Source: a virus (Duplodnaviria; Caudoviricetes). Taken from it: a stretch of DNA of 39,003 nt. The stretch lies in IMG/VR virus record IMGVR_UViG_3300012665_001407, positions 1-39,003 of that record. One strand, given 5' to 3'. Shown one piece after another: positions 8,946-18,145 of the stretch. Each line of letters begins with the position of its first letter. Within the stretch, counting starts at the first letter, position 1. Below the pieces are notes generated by a model. It did no database searches, was not told the origin of the DNA, and saw nothing but the letters and a program-made list of their open reading frames with translations. The position numbers and the translations under genes are program-made.

Positions 8946-9700
8946 TATTTTAAAAATGTATTTATTTTAGATTTAGCATCATCCATAGATGTAAATTCTG
9001 GTGTTCTTTTAACTAATGTTTGTATTGCCGTGTTTAAGTCTAATATTTCTTTGTCACGTTTAGCTTTTTCATCTGGTGTATAAACTTTACCACTACCTTT
9101 AACTGTTTTAAAGAATCTCTCTCTAGCAACAGCAGGATCATATTCTGCTTTACCTTCAGGATCATTATTAATTAATACAAATTTATCACCAAATGCTTGT
9201 TTGTAATTGTCTATATTAGCATTTACACCAGCCCATGTTTTAACAACAATAGCAGGTGCTAATGCACGATCACGACCAGCATTACGTTCTAATGATGTAT
9301 AAGGTGAAACCCAAATCATGACCATCATTGTATCGTAGCCTAATTCTTCTAATTCAGCTTTTTTCTTCAATAACGGTTTACTAGCAGCGCCAGTACCATC
9401 TATGATAATATCTTTTTTAGCCCCTGATAATTCTGCGTATTTTTCTTTAGTTGCCTTTTGAGCTTGACCCATTAATTTACCTGCTTGAGACAATTGATCT
9501 TGATCGAAATCTGCGATTTTCATACCTAATCCTGCTGCTTTCAACAATTCTTCATAGGTGTCATCGACATTAATTACAGTCAAATTTTTCGGTATTATCT
9601 GCGCAGATACAAATGTTTTACCAGAACCAGCGGGACCAGCCATGAATATGGCTTTTGGTTTGGATTGTGCTTCTTTAAGTAAATCTAATAATTTGATCAT
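8945..9700 (-). CDS. P-loop kinase of the zeta-toxin/AAA_33 (polynucleotide kinase-like) class. Likely start is ATG at 9700 (MIKLLDLLKEA).
   Basis: Walker A GPAGSGKT, INVDD, IIIDGTG and lid RNAGRDR. The extension to 9739 runs through a hairpin and promoter motif. Confidence 0.8.
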   Translation of the reverse strand: MIKLLDLLKEAQSKPKAIFMAGPAGSGKTFVSAQIIPKNLTVINVDDTYEELLKAAGLGMKIADFDQDQLSQAGKLMGQAQKATKEKYAELSGAKKDIIIDGTGAASKPLLKKKAELEELGYDTMMVMIWVSPYTSLERNAGRDRALAPAIVVKTWAGVNANIDNYKQAFGDKFVLINNDPEGKAEYDPAVARERFFKTVKGSGKVYTPDEKAKRDKEILDLNTAIQTLVKRTPEFTSMDDAKSKINTFLK

Positions 9701-9705
9701 ACGTG

Positions 9706-9743
9706 AATATAAATAGGTGACCTGGACGAGCCAAGCCACCTAT
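9706..9743 (-). terminator. Putative intrinsic terminator of the primase-exonuclease unit
   Basis: Minus strand reads ATAGGTGGCTTGG-CTCGT-CCAGGTCACCTAT, a 13-bp stem with two G-U pairs that form only in this orientation, followed by a U-rich tail. Confidence 0.65.
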
Positions 9744-9749
9744 AAATAT
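9708..9749 (-). promoter_or_regulatory. Two TATTTATA motifs (9741-9749 and 9708-9715) flanking a hairpin
   Basis: 40 nt and 7 nt before ATG 9700. Confidence 0.6.
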
Positions 9750-9764
9750 TGTTATTTGTACTGA

Positions 9765-10547
9765 TTATGCTATCTTAACACTAGTAGGTAACGTTTCGGT
9801 TACTGGTTTAAAGTTAGGATTTTCTAATGTGTATATTTCGTATATGTTTTTAAACATTGTAAAGTTCTTTTCAATGTCATTTACTACTTTTAATTCCCAA
9901 CCTTTACCTTGGATTTTATCACCTTTACCCTCACCGCGTGTATTTGCTTTAACCCACAAAATACCTGTATGAGTTACTTTCTCATCGTGAGTTTCATTCC
10001 AAGCTGTAGCATAAGCGGCTAATTGTAAATCATATGACGTATGTAAACTGTTCGATGTCTTAAGATCTAGTAACCATATGTTATCAAACAATCTAACAAC
10101 TAAATCCGCAGTACCTGCATATTTGTGTTCATCTGAGAATAAGTGATATTCGGTTGCAATCAATTCTGGTTTATGTGTATTCCAAAAATCAGCAAAACGT
10201 AAAATCATTCTCCAAACATCTAAATTGTACTTAGCATTTCCGAATTCATCAATCCAAGTAATTTCTTTACCATTTAAAAAATCATCTACAGCTGTGTGTA
10301 CTTGAGTACCTTCACCAGCAGCTTTAGCAGCAATAATATCGCTATTATGTCCTACATCTTTTAACCAAGAGTGGAAGAATTGATTTTTAGGAAAATAGTT
10401 TAAAACAGATGTTACTGAAGGATAATAAGCACCTTCACGTCTGTAAAATCTAGAATCTAATACATTTACTTGTTTGTCCCCTTCAGCATATTCAACGATA
10501 CGCTTAATTTTGGGGTCTTTTATTATGTTGACGTTTTTATCAATCAT
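9765..10547 (-). CDS. PD-(D/E)XK exonuclease (Cas4/lambda-exonuclease-like phage family)
   Basis: YPSVTSVL, GTQVH, TE, AGTADL, DLKTS and QLAAYA motifs. Confidence 0.85.
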   Translation of the reverse strand: MIDKNVNIIKDPKIKRIVEYAEGDKQVNVLDSRFYRREGAYYPSVTSVLNYFPKNQFFHSWLKDVGHNSDIIAAKAAGEGTQVHTAVDDFLNGKEITWIDEFGNAKYNLDVWRMILRFADFWNTHKPELIATEYHLFSDEHKYAGTADLVVRLFDNIWLLDLKTSNSLHTSYDLQLAAYATAWNETHDEKVTHTGILWVKANTRGEGKGDKIQGKGWELKVVNDIEKNFTMFKNIYEIYTLENPNFKPVTETLPTSVKIA

Positions 10548-11491
10548 ATTAGGTTTAATTTTTTCTCAAGCAAACTCTGAAAGTTCAGGGGTAATGTTTG
10601 CTCAATTGTGTTTAAAAATTGTTCAAAACCAATTTCATTAGCGTCTTTACCTTCCATCTCTACCAAATATACTTCTTTACCATATGACATTAGAGTTTCA
10701 GCTTGTTTTAAAGCATCCTTTCTAGCATCATTATCTAAAGCAATATAGATACGATTAACAGAAGATTCGACTAACTTCTTCATTAGTTTTTCATGTAATA
10801 CTTTACCAAATAATGGTATTACATTACGTTTAATTGTTAATGCATCAAACATACCTTCAACAAGTATGATTGGTGCATCCCAATTTATATATAGTTCAAA
10901 ACCAATAGCTTCCTTAGATGCTATTGGAGGATTTTTATATTTGCGATCTGAATCTTTATAGGCTCTAGCTATAAAATAATTTAATTGACCTGATTCATTG
11001 TATGAAGGAATGATAACTCGTTCAGCGTATGGTCCTTCTTTACAGAAACCAATATTATATTTTATAATGTCTTCATTAGTAATACCACGCTTAGATAGAA
11101 ATTTAAAAGCATGTTTTGATTCGATTTGAGCAACTCTATCAGTTATAAACTTCTCGTGATCATTAAATGAAATAAATTCTTTAGGTAATACTAATAATCC
11201 ATGTTCTGTTTGATCTTGTTTCTTATTAGGTACAACTAATATATTTAATTCTGCTATTTTAGATGATGGCGCCTTTATTTTCTTAAATAACGACAATAAT
11301 GTTTTACCTTTAGCTCCACATACCCAACAATGCCAAAAATTTTCTTTCTTTTCCGTTGTGCGTAGACTAATCTCCATTTTATTTTTGTGGTGAGTACAGA
11401 AGGGACATTTAAAGGCGTAGTTGCCTTTACTAGTAGATTGACCCTTGCCTAGTACCGATTCAGTTAAAAATAATAGAGCTGTATTATCCAT
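10544..11491 (-). CDS. DNA primase (Zn-binding domain plus TOPRIM)
   Basis: CPFC...HCWVC zinc domain, RGI, KYKNP, VEGMFDAL and ALDNDA. Confidence 0.9.
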   Translation of the reverse strand: MDNTALLFLTESVLGKGQSTSKGNYAFKCPFCTHHKNKMEISLRTTEKKENFWHCWVCGAKGKTLLSLFKKIKAPSSKIAELNILVVPNKKQDQTEHGLLVLPKEFISFNDHEKFITDRVAQIESKHAFKFLSKRGITNEDIIKYNIGFCKEGPYAERVIIPSYNESGQLNYFIARAYKDSDRKYKNPPIASKEAIGFELYINWDAPIILVEGMFDALTIKRNVIPLFGKVLHEKLMKKLVESSVNRIYIALDNDARKDALKQAETLMSYGKEVYLVEMEGKDANEIGFEQFLNTIEQTLPLNFQSLLEKKLNLI

Positions 11492-11496
11492 AACCT

Positions 11497-11528
11497 CAAA
11501 TATACGATCTTATTATGACAATATCAAA
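11497..11528 (-). promoter_or_regulatory. Bacteroidota-type housekeeping-sigma promoter (-33/-7) for the primase operon
   Basis: Minus strand TTTG-N20-TATATTTG, an exact fit to TTTG-N19-21-TAnnTTTG, ending 5 nt before the ATG. Confidence 0.75.
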
Positions 11529-11965
11529 TCTTTACTATAAAATTTTCCTAGTATATTGTCGTTGATATAATTTCTATCTTCTAATACATTATATTGAAAT
11601 AGATATTTCGCCTCGTAGTATGTTAGTTCTTTTTTAGTTCTACACAAACGTAAAACATGACGCATCATATCCTCGGGCTTACATAACTTAATTTCAGTAG
11701 CTGAACCATAATAGGTCTTCCAGTCACTTTCCTTCACAACAGATTTTTTAGTTGGTCTTCTTCCTTTAGTAACAGGAATTTCGGCTAGTTCCTTCTTGCC
11801 TAATTTCTTAGTTGTAGTATGGAAAAATGCTTTTCTACCAATGTACTTACGCCCAGTAGGGATGTGTGTTGTTATGTAAACATAACCAACAAAATCATCA
11901 ATAACGAAATCGGGATTGTCTATTAAATCTTCTACCTTCATGGCAGGTCCTAAAACTTGAAACAT
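11513..11965 (-). CDS. GIY-YIG-family putative endonuclease
   Basis: GYVYITTHIPTGRKYIGRK, WKTYYGS, conserved E (YYEAK) and N (YINDNI). Confidence 0.7.
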   Translation of the reverse strand: MFQVLGPAMKVEDLIDNPDFVIDDFVGYVYITTHIPTGRKYIGRKAFFHTTTKKLGKKELAEIPVTKGRRPTKKSVVKESDWKTYYGSATEIKLCKPEDMMRHVLRLCRTKKELTYYEAKYLFQYNVLEDRNYINDNILGKFYSKDLILS

Positions 11966-11980
11966 AACTAAAATTTTATT

Positions 11981-12283
11981 TTAAACGTCGTATTTAACGA
12001 CAAATGTCATATCAGTATCTGGTGATATTAATATTGGTTTACTAAATTTAGCAACAGCTAATAATTCATTATTATCATTATATAAGCCTAATTGTGTAAT
12101 GTATGGAGTAAAATCAGAACCAGTAGCAAAGTCTTTTACAATACCTCCAATAAAGCTTCCACTTATAAGAGATGGATTATAAGTTAAATTAAAGTCACTT
12201 TCTTCAACTAAACAACGCACTTCATTTTCTTGAATGATGTGTTCGTTTTTGAATGACAATGTAAAATTTCCTGTATATGACAT
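11981..12283 (-). CDS. Tail/baseplate structural domain, paralogous to the C-terminus of 22126..23115
   Basis: FNLTYNPS...YITQLGLYNDNNELLAVAKFSKP aligns with FNYTTNPS...YVTTVGMYNDNNELLAVAKLSKP. Confidence 0.75.
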   Translation of the reverse strand: MSYTGNFTLSFKNEHIIQENEVRCLVEESDFNLTYNPSLISGSFIGGIVKDFATGSDFTPYITQLGLYNDNNELLAVAKFSKPILISPDTDMTFVVKYDV

Positions 12284-12300
12284 TTATTTAAGTATTTTTA

Positions 12301-13116
12301 TTAAGGACATGATGAAGTATTAATTACATTACCTGAATTATCTATTTGGTAACTAGTTGCCCCTGGTCCTTGATAGTACCATAAACTACCTCCAGCAAAT
12401 GGGAAGTCACATCCTGCTCCACCTGAGTAAATTATTGATGGATTTAAAGCATTATCTGTTGTAAATAGAGTTAAATCACCGGCAACACTACATGCACTGG
12501 CCGTTCCCCCATTATATAAGTAAATGTTTTGACAAGTTACTTCAGGGGTATTTGTTGGAGTATTTGTAGGTGTATTTGTTGGAGTATCAGTAGGGGTTGC
12601 AGTTGGGGTATTAGTTGGTGTTGGATCTAATGGAGTGCTTGTAGGAGTATTAGTTGGGGTATTTGTAGGTGTTGGATCTAATGATGTGTTAGTTGGTGTA
12701 TTAGTAGGCGTATTAGTTGGTGTTTGAGTAGGTGTATTGGTAGATGTATTAGTTGGGGTTTGAGTTGGAGTATTAGTAGCTGTGTTACTATTTGTTGGTG
12801 TATTTGTTGGTGTGTTTGTTGGAGTATTAGTTGGAGTATTTGTTGGTGTTTGTGTTGGTGTGTTTGTAGGTGTTGGTGGTGGTGGAGCATTTAAAATAAT
12901 AGTTTTAGCACTGCAACAACAATCAGCACTTTCATTTACAATTACTACTTGACCAACACTTGTATCAACGCGATATATTTTACCTGTAATTAAACTAGCT
13001 AAAGAAATATTAGATTCAAGCAAATTATCTTCCGATATAGATGTTTTGTAAACACTATACGGACCTGTTGCTGTTGTGCTCGAGGATAAATTTACTGTTA
13101 TTTGCTTATTAGCCAT
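12301..13116 (-). CDS. TPTN-repeat fibre/decoration-like protein
   Basis: N-domain ending CCC, a long TPTN stalk, and a Cys-bounded C-terminal module. Confidence 0.75.
   Translation of the reverse strand: MANKQITVNLSSSTTATGPYSVYKTSISEDNLLESNISLASLITGKIYRVDTSVGQVVIVNESADCCCSAKTIILNAPPPPTPTNTPTQTPTNTPTNTPTNTPTNTPTNSNTATNTPTQTPTNTSTNTPTQTPTNTPTNTPTNTSLDPTPTNTPTNTPTSTPLDPTPTNTPTATPTDTPTNTPTNTPTNTPEVTCQNIYLYNGGTASACSVAGDLTLFTTDNALNPSIIYSGGAGCDFPFAGGSLWYYQGPGATSYQIDNSGNVINTSSCP
12545..12886 (-). repeat. Degenerate 12-bp tandem repeat encoding TPTN
   Basis: Plus strand (gtattNgtNggN)n with third-position variation. Confidence 0.9.
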
Positions 13117-13120
13117 TTAT

Positions 13121-13129
13121 TATAAATAT
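13121..13129 (-). promoter_or_regulatory. ATATTTATA putative late-promoter motif
   Basis: 4 nt before ATG 13116. Confidence 0.6.
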
Positions 13130-13132
13130 CTT

Positions 13133-13894
13133 TTAATTAATGTATACTGATTGACCTGCTGAATTAGAACCAAAGATTCCTCTTAATGTTACTGTATATG
13201 TACCTGGTGCTACTATTTGATTATCACAAGTAGGAGCTCCTGCTGTACTATCACTAGCAGAGAATGCATAGTTTCCAGGACCACTAACTTCAATTAAGTC
13301 ACAAGTTACTTGAACTAGTGCTGAAGTACCGGCTGGTGCTGCACATACTGATATATTTTGAGATCCACCTGATACTACCAATGTTCCTGTTATAATAGTT
13401 GTGCCACTAGTTCCTGTAGGATAACCATAAACGGTTCCACTAGTACTATTACCCAACCAAGTTGAAGTACCACTACTCAATGCCCAATCACTAAATACTT
13501 TGGTAGTATCTGGTGTGTTAGTTGGTGTTGCAGCTAATGGGGTATTAGTTGGTGTAGCAGCTAACGGAGTATTTGTTGGTGTGTTTGATGGGGTATTTGT
13601 TGGAGTGTTAGTTGGAGTTTGGGTTGGAGTGTTTGTTGGTGTTGCTGTTGGTGTTGCTGTTGGAGTAGGAAAAACATAAGATTGAGCACTATCATTACAA
13701 CAACAATCGGGGTCATCATTTTTAACTATTACAGAAGAATGTCCTGCAGTATCAACAAGATAACCAGTTCCAGTTAAAGTCCCTTGAGACACACCACTAG
13801 CTATTAAATTACCAGAAGCTATAGAATCAAAATAGAGACTATAAGTGCTGTTTATAGCATTAAGGGTTGATATGCGTACGTAAATGTTTGCCAT
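13133..13894 (-). CDS. TPTN-repeat fibre/decoration-like protein, paralog of 12301..13116
   Basis: Similar N-domain (YSLY..SI...NLI.S..S...L..G....VDT.....VIV.N...DCCC), stalk at about 13511-13669, beta-rich C-domain. Confidence 0.75.
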   Translation of the reverse strand: MANIYVRISTLNAINSTYSLYFDSIASGNLIASGVSQGTLTGTGYLVDTAGHSSVIVKNDDPDCCCNDSAQSYVFPTPTATPTATPTNTPTQTPTNTPTNTPSNTPTNTPLAATPTNTPLAATPTNTPDTTKVFSDWALSSGTSTWLGNSTSGTVYGYPTGTSGTTIITGTLVVSGGSQNISVCAAPAGTSALVQVTCDLIEVSGPGNYAFSASDSTAGAPTCDNQIVAPGTYTVTLRGIFGSNSAGQSVYIN

Positions 13895-13895
13895 C

Positions 13896-14126
13896 TTATA
13901 AAGAAGATAATATTTCTGTTTTAATAGTATTAAACTCAGCTTCAGTCATAGATTCCCATTTATCGGTATAGGCACTATCTATTACTACTTTATCGTAAAA
14001 TGATTGCTTATTAAATAAAGCAACACTTTTTGCTGTTAATGAATTGCTTAATTCCATTACTTGATTAGTTTCACTATCTAGCATTCTATAAGCATCATTT
14101 ACAAAGCATCTAAAATATGTTTTCAT
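13896..14126 (-). CDS. Small hypothetical protein within the fibre cassette (chaperone candidate)
   Basis: 76-aa ORF filling the gap, tightly spaced to the next gene. Confidence 0.6.
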   Translation of the reverse strand: MKTYFRCFVNDAYRMLDSETNQVMELSNSLTAKSVALFNKQSFYDKVVIDSAYTDKWESMTEAEFNTIKTEILSSL

Positions 14127-14146
14127 ATATATAATTTATATTGTTT

Positions 14147-17100
14147 TTATGGACAAACCACATTTGAGTTATCAGCAGATCCAAATATACTACCATTTGC
14201 ACCAAATATAATATTAAAGCAATTAGCTGTAGCATCTCCAAATTCACTACATACATATTCGCTACATAAAGTTCCTGTTGCTAAGTCTTCCATGTTTATT
14301 TGTGCTGTTGCAGCATTAAATCCTGAAGATGCTTGTACTTCTACTGATATGGTATCTGAAGCGGTTGTTGTAAATAATCCACTTGCTCCGTTAAGGTAAG
14401 CATAAACAATAGTTTCTCCATTTTTAATAATAGACATATTACCAGATCCACCAAATTGACTAAAGTTCCAATTTACTGTAAATTCACTTGTTGTATTAGT
14501 TGGTGTTGCTGCTATTGGAGTGTTTGTTGGTGTTGCTGGAGGAGTACTAGTTGGTGTTACTGTTGGTGTTGGAGTTGGTGTAGGACAAGCTTGACAAGAA
14601 CCTGCAGCTGTCATATAGGTTGCTCCAGATCCTGGATGGTAGAATGGTTTATAATATCCACCATAGCATAATACAAATGTTGTTTGAGCTAATCCTGAGA
14701 AGCTACCATAAATAGTAGATGATGAACATAAGTCAGAACTACTTAATTGGATTCCATAAGTAGTACCATTTCCACAATCAGTAGGACTGCTTGGAGCACT
14801 TGTTCTTAATATTGCATTAACATAAGGTAATGGAGTTGATGTTGGAGTATTTTCAGGAGTTGAAGTAGGAGTATTTGTAGGTGTTGCTGTTGGTGTTGCA
14901 GCTAACGGAGTAGCTGTAGGAGTAGATGTTGGTGTGGATGTTCTAGTATTAGTAGGTGTTGATGTTGGAGTTGGGCAAAGAGCACTATTATATGTAGTAC
15001 CATCATTTCCCATCTTAAATACATTAGTACCATCTGAATACCATTTATCCTCTCCATCATATACACTAAATGGATAAGCATTACTAGTATAGAAAGTTAT
15101 ACCATCAAAGTATTGATCATTATAAGAATATACAATATTGTTTTTAATAGCTGAACAAGCAGCTGATAATCCACTTCTACCTGGAGATAAAGTAAATTGG
15201 TATGAAGGTGCTAATGGAGTTGATGTAGGTGTAGATGTTGCAGTATTGGTTGGAGTGTTAGTTGGTGTATTAGTAGGTGTTTGTGTTGGAGTATTTGTTG
15301 GAGTAGCTGTTGGTGTTGCTGTTGGAGTAGGAGTAGGTACATTACAATTAGTAAATGTTCCGGCTACATATAATATTTTATTATTTGGATTAGGTGAACT
15401 AATAGAATCTATTGTTACATTAGTAACATTAGTATCTTTAGTAATAGATGAAGTTGGAAAAGCAACATAAGTAATACCTTCAGCTGATGCTGTAGTAGGA
15501 ATAGTTGCTAATAAACTTCCACCATTATATGCTTTTAAAGTTAAATTAACAGGATAATATAATGAAGATGAAGCAGATCCAGTAGCACCACTTATATTAA
15601 CTCCATAAGGTTGACCTACAGAATAAGTTGTATAACAAACTTCTGTTAAATTAATTGATAATGTAGTTGGAGTACTATAAGCAAATATATATCCTTCTTC
15701 AAAACTATTAAAAGCATAATAAAAACCTGGTGTTGCTTCAGAATAACTTGCAGTACTTGAAACACTATCGTAAGTATAAAATGAAGAAGTATTTGGTGTT
15801 AAAAATCCTGATTTTAAAGAAGCAGTAGTATATAAACTATTAGGATTAGTTGTATTTTTTGTTATATAAGGAATATCACTACTTAATTCATTATAATTAT
15901 TTTCAAACCAAAACCAATCACTAGTATATCCTTGATTTGATGTTTGAACAGGATACGTAGCACTATTAACAAGAGAAGTTACTGTTGTAGCTCCTGATGA
16001 AGCCATTGATAAAATATCTGTTACAGCACCATTTACAGTTTTATAAAACGTTCTATAATATGAAGCAGAAGAATAAGTTTCTGAAGTTACAGCATAATAT
16101 CCATTAAATGTTTTTTGACATCCTGATTGATCATAATATAGATATTTTCCTACTGTCAAACCAGCATTATTAGTATTATCAAAGAAATAACTTGCTGTGT
16201 TTGGATTATTTTCTATTTTAATTTCATGGGTAAAATAAGCTCCAAATCCATCAACTCCTTCTTTAAGAGTACTATAATTTGAACCAGTATAAGATGATGT
16301 TAAACTATTTAAATAAGATGTTGCTAAATTATTTGCTGTTGATTGTGAATCTGTAGATGTAAAATATCCTTCTGGTAATGTAATTGTAACTGTTGAAGGA
16401 GTTTCTAATAAATCTCCACAAGGAATTTGTGGTACAAACGATACCGATTGAGCTGCATTTTTATAAGTTCCTGTTACTGTATCTGGTTTACCAGAACAAT
16501 AAGGTAATGCAAGTAATTTAGAAAAGTTAGAAATTACAGACCCAGAGTCTGGTAGATCTATTATAGTAGAATATGCTAATCCTTTTTTTAGAGGATTTTG
16601 ACTTATTAAAGCATTTGTTGAATACGATAATTCTTTATTTGATATTGTAGCAGAAGATGACTGATCGTAAAAATATATACCATCACAATAATATTCTGAT
16701 TTATATGTTGTTAATCCAGTATTAGTATATATTCTAGTTCCATTATTTAAATAAGGAGTATTTGCATATCTATACTTAAAAGTGAGTGAAGGTTCTTGAA
16801 TAACAATTTTAGTAGGTTGTAGTAACAAATATATTATATATAATGCAGCTAAAACCATAAAAATAGTAACTAAACTAGCTGCAAAAGGCCCTAATATACC
16901 TGCTAATCCACCACCACCGGCAGATACAGTTGATGTTGAATTAATCCAAACATCAACACGAGCTAAAAGAGTTAATAACTTATTAGCAAGCATTTTGCTT
17001 GTAATTTCATAAGCCCATATAGAATCTAAAAAGGCTAGCCCAATTGATGCAGCAACAATAGCAGCTTCAGTATAATCAAATTTTAATCTTCTATCATATC

Positions 17101-18127
17101 CAGAAATAAATGATTTTGATAATTTTTGTAAAGCATGTTGGAATCCAGGAATAGTATGAACTGCTCTATTATTAAAGTCAAATTGAGTAAAAAAATCAGC
17201 AGCTGATTGAGCTGTTGGTGCTGCTCCTAGGTAATATAGATATGAAGAAGGTTGAGTTAAAGACGATGCTAATATAGTTTGTCTTAATTTGCCTACATTG
17301 TTTATAGTAGGAAAAACAAAATTTTCTGTGGTAAAACCATTAGTATCTATACCTTTCCAAGATTTTGGTCCTTCTATTCTATTATATACTCTAGTTTTTC
17401 CTAGAGCCCATTTTTTTATTACTTCAATATATTCTTTTTCTCCAAAAGATCTTTCTAAATTATCTCCTACTTTATAAACATATGACCCAGTAGAATAATA
17501 ATAAGGATAAGCGGGTTGAGTAAAGTTAGGATTAGCATATAACTCTGTATTATTAGTCCATGAATTTATAGGATCATAAGAATATAAATAAGTATAAAGT
17601 GATGGACTGTTTGCTGCATCGTATGGAGAATATACATGTAGTCCCATTAAATATGAATATAAAGGACCTACATCTGTACAATTATATTGAATATTAACTG
17701 TTATATTAGAAGGAAGAGTACCTTTTCTACCAACACATAATGTTATTGGTAATAATGAAGATTTTGCAGTTGCATTTACTATAGCGTATACTCTTGTAGT
17801 AACACCTGATGTTAATTTAATATAGTCTCCTGGAAGTTGGGGTTGGAATAATCCACTTAATGTTGTCGCGTATGATATAGGCATATCGGGACCTGCAAAA
17901 GATACACCCACTACATCTGCGCTTCCTGTAATTGTATAACTAATATCAAAAGTTACGTATCCATAATTAGTATTACCTAAATTTAATTGTCTAGTTTTAT
18001 TTGCCCATTTATAGTTAGAAGAATTATTTATATTAAGTGCTGCAAGAGCATCCTGTCCCCCAATAGGTCCGCTAGAGGTAAAATCACCAGATGTGAAAAC
18101 TATATTTGTTGAATTATTAAGTGGCAT
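14147..18127 (-). CDS. Large multidomain fibre/adhesin-like virion protein with two hydrophobic helices, a DUF5977-like repeat and three PT/TPTN linkers
   Basis: 1326 aa, rich in S/T/Y/N. Hydrophobic segments near 16820-17066. YKNAAQS..F....C....[20 protein letters not shown]. Linkers near 15213-15338, 14830-14975 and 14490-14586. Confidence 0.75.
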   Translation of the reverse strand: MPLNNSTNIVFTSGDFTSSGPIGGQDALAALNINNSSNYKWANKTRQLNLGNTNYGYVTFDISYTITGSADVVGVSFAGPDMPISYATTLSGLFQPQLPGDYIKLTSGVTTRVYAIVNATAKSSLLPITLCVGRKGTLPSNITVNIQYNCTDVGPLYSYLMGLHVYSPYDAANSPSLYTYLYSYDPINSWTNNTELYANPNFTQPAYPYYYSTGSYVYKVGDNLERSFGEKEYIEVIKKWALGKTRVYNRIEGPKSWKGIDTNGFTTENFVFPTINNVGKLRQTILASSLTQPSSYLYYLGAAPTAQSAADFFTQFDFNNRAVHTIPGFQHALQKLSKSFISGYDRRLKFDYTEAAIVAASIGLAFLDSIWAYEITSKMLANKLLTLLARVDVWINSTSTVSAGGGGLAGILGPFAASLVTIFMVLAALYIIYLLLQPTKIVIQEPSLTFKYRYANTPYLNNGTRIYTNTGLTTYKSEYYCDGIYFYDQSSSATISNKELSYSTNALISQNPLKKGLAYSTIIDLPDSGSVISNFSKLLALPYCSGKPDTVTGTYKNAAQSVSFVPQIPCGDLLETPSTVTITLPEGYFTSTDSQSTANNLATSYLNSLTSSYTGSNYSTLKEGVDGFGAYFTHEIKIENNPNTASYFFDNTNNAGLTVGKYLYYDQSGCQKTFNGYYAVTSETYSSASYYRTFYKTVNGAVTDILSMASSGATTVTSLVNSATYPVQTSNQGYTSDWFWFENNYNELSSDIPYITKNTTNPNSLYTTASLKSGFLTPNTSSFYTYDSVSSTASYSEATPGFYYAFNSFEEGYIFAYSTPTTLSINLTEVCYTTYSVGQPYGVNISGATGSASSSLYYPVNLTLKAYNGGSLLATIPTTASAEGITYVAFPTSSITKDTNVTNVTIDSISSPNPNNKILYVAGTFTNCNVPTPTPTATPTATPTNTPTQTPTNTPTNTPTNTATSTPTSTPLAPSYQFTLSPGRSGLSAACSAIKNNIVYSYNDQYFDGITFYTSNAYPFSVYDGEDKWYSDGTNVFKMGNDGTTYNSALCPTPTSTPTNTRTSTPTSTPTATPLAATPTATPTNTPTSTPENTPTSTPLPYVNAILRTSAPSSPTDCGNGTTYGIQLSSSDLCSSSTIYGSFSGLAQTTFVLCYGGYYKPFYHPGSGATYMTAAGSCQACPTPTPTPTVTPTSTPPATPTNTPIAATPTNTTSEFTVNWNFSQFGGSGNMSIIKNGETIVYAYLNGASGLFTTTASDTISVEVQASSGFNAATAQINMEDLATGTLCSEYVCSEFGDATANCFNIIFGANGSIFGSADNSNVVCP

Positions 18128-18135
18128 ATACTATT

Positions 18136-18144
18136 TATAAATAT
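18136..18144 (-). promoter_or_regulatory. ATATTTATA putative late-promoter motif
   Basis: 8 nt before ATG 18127. Confidence 0.6.
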
Positions 18145-18145
18145 T

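Noticed and set aside
8945-9700. Zeta toxin as part of an epsilon-zeta toxin-antitoxin pair
   Set aside because: No small antitoxin ORF lies upstream. The upstream gap holds only a hairpin and promoter motifs.
9765-10547. Cas4-like nuclease as evidence of a CRISPR-Cas system
   Set aside because: No Fe-S cysteine cluster, no other cas genes and no array. It is coupled to the primase like an ordinary phage exonuclease.
13896-14126. MKTY start resembling the T4 capsid-targeting sequence
   Set aside because: Only four residues match, there is no (L/I)xE at position 8-10, and the gene lies in the fibre cassette.
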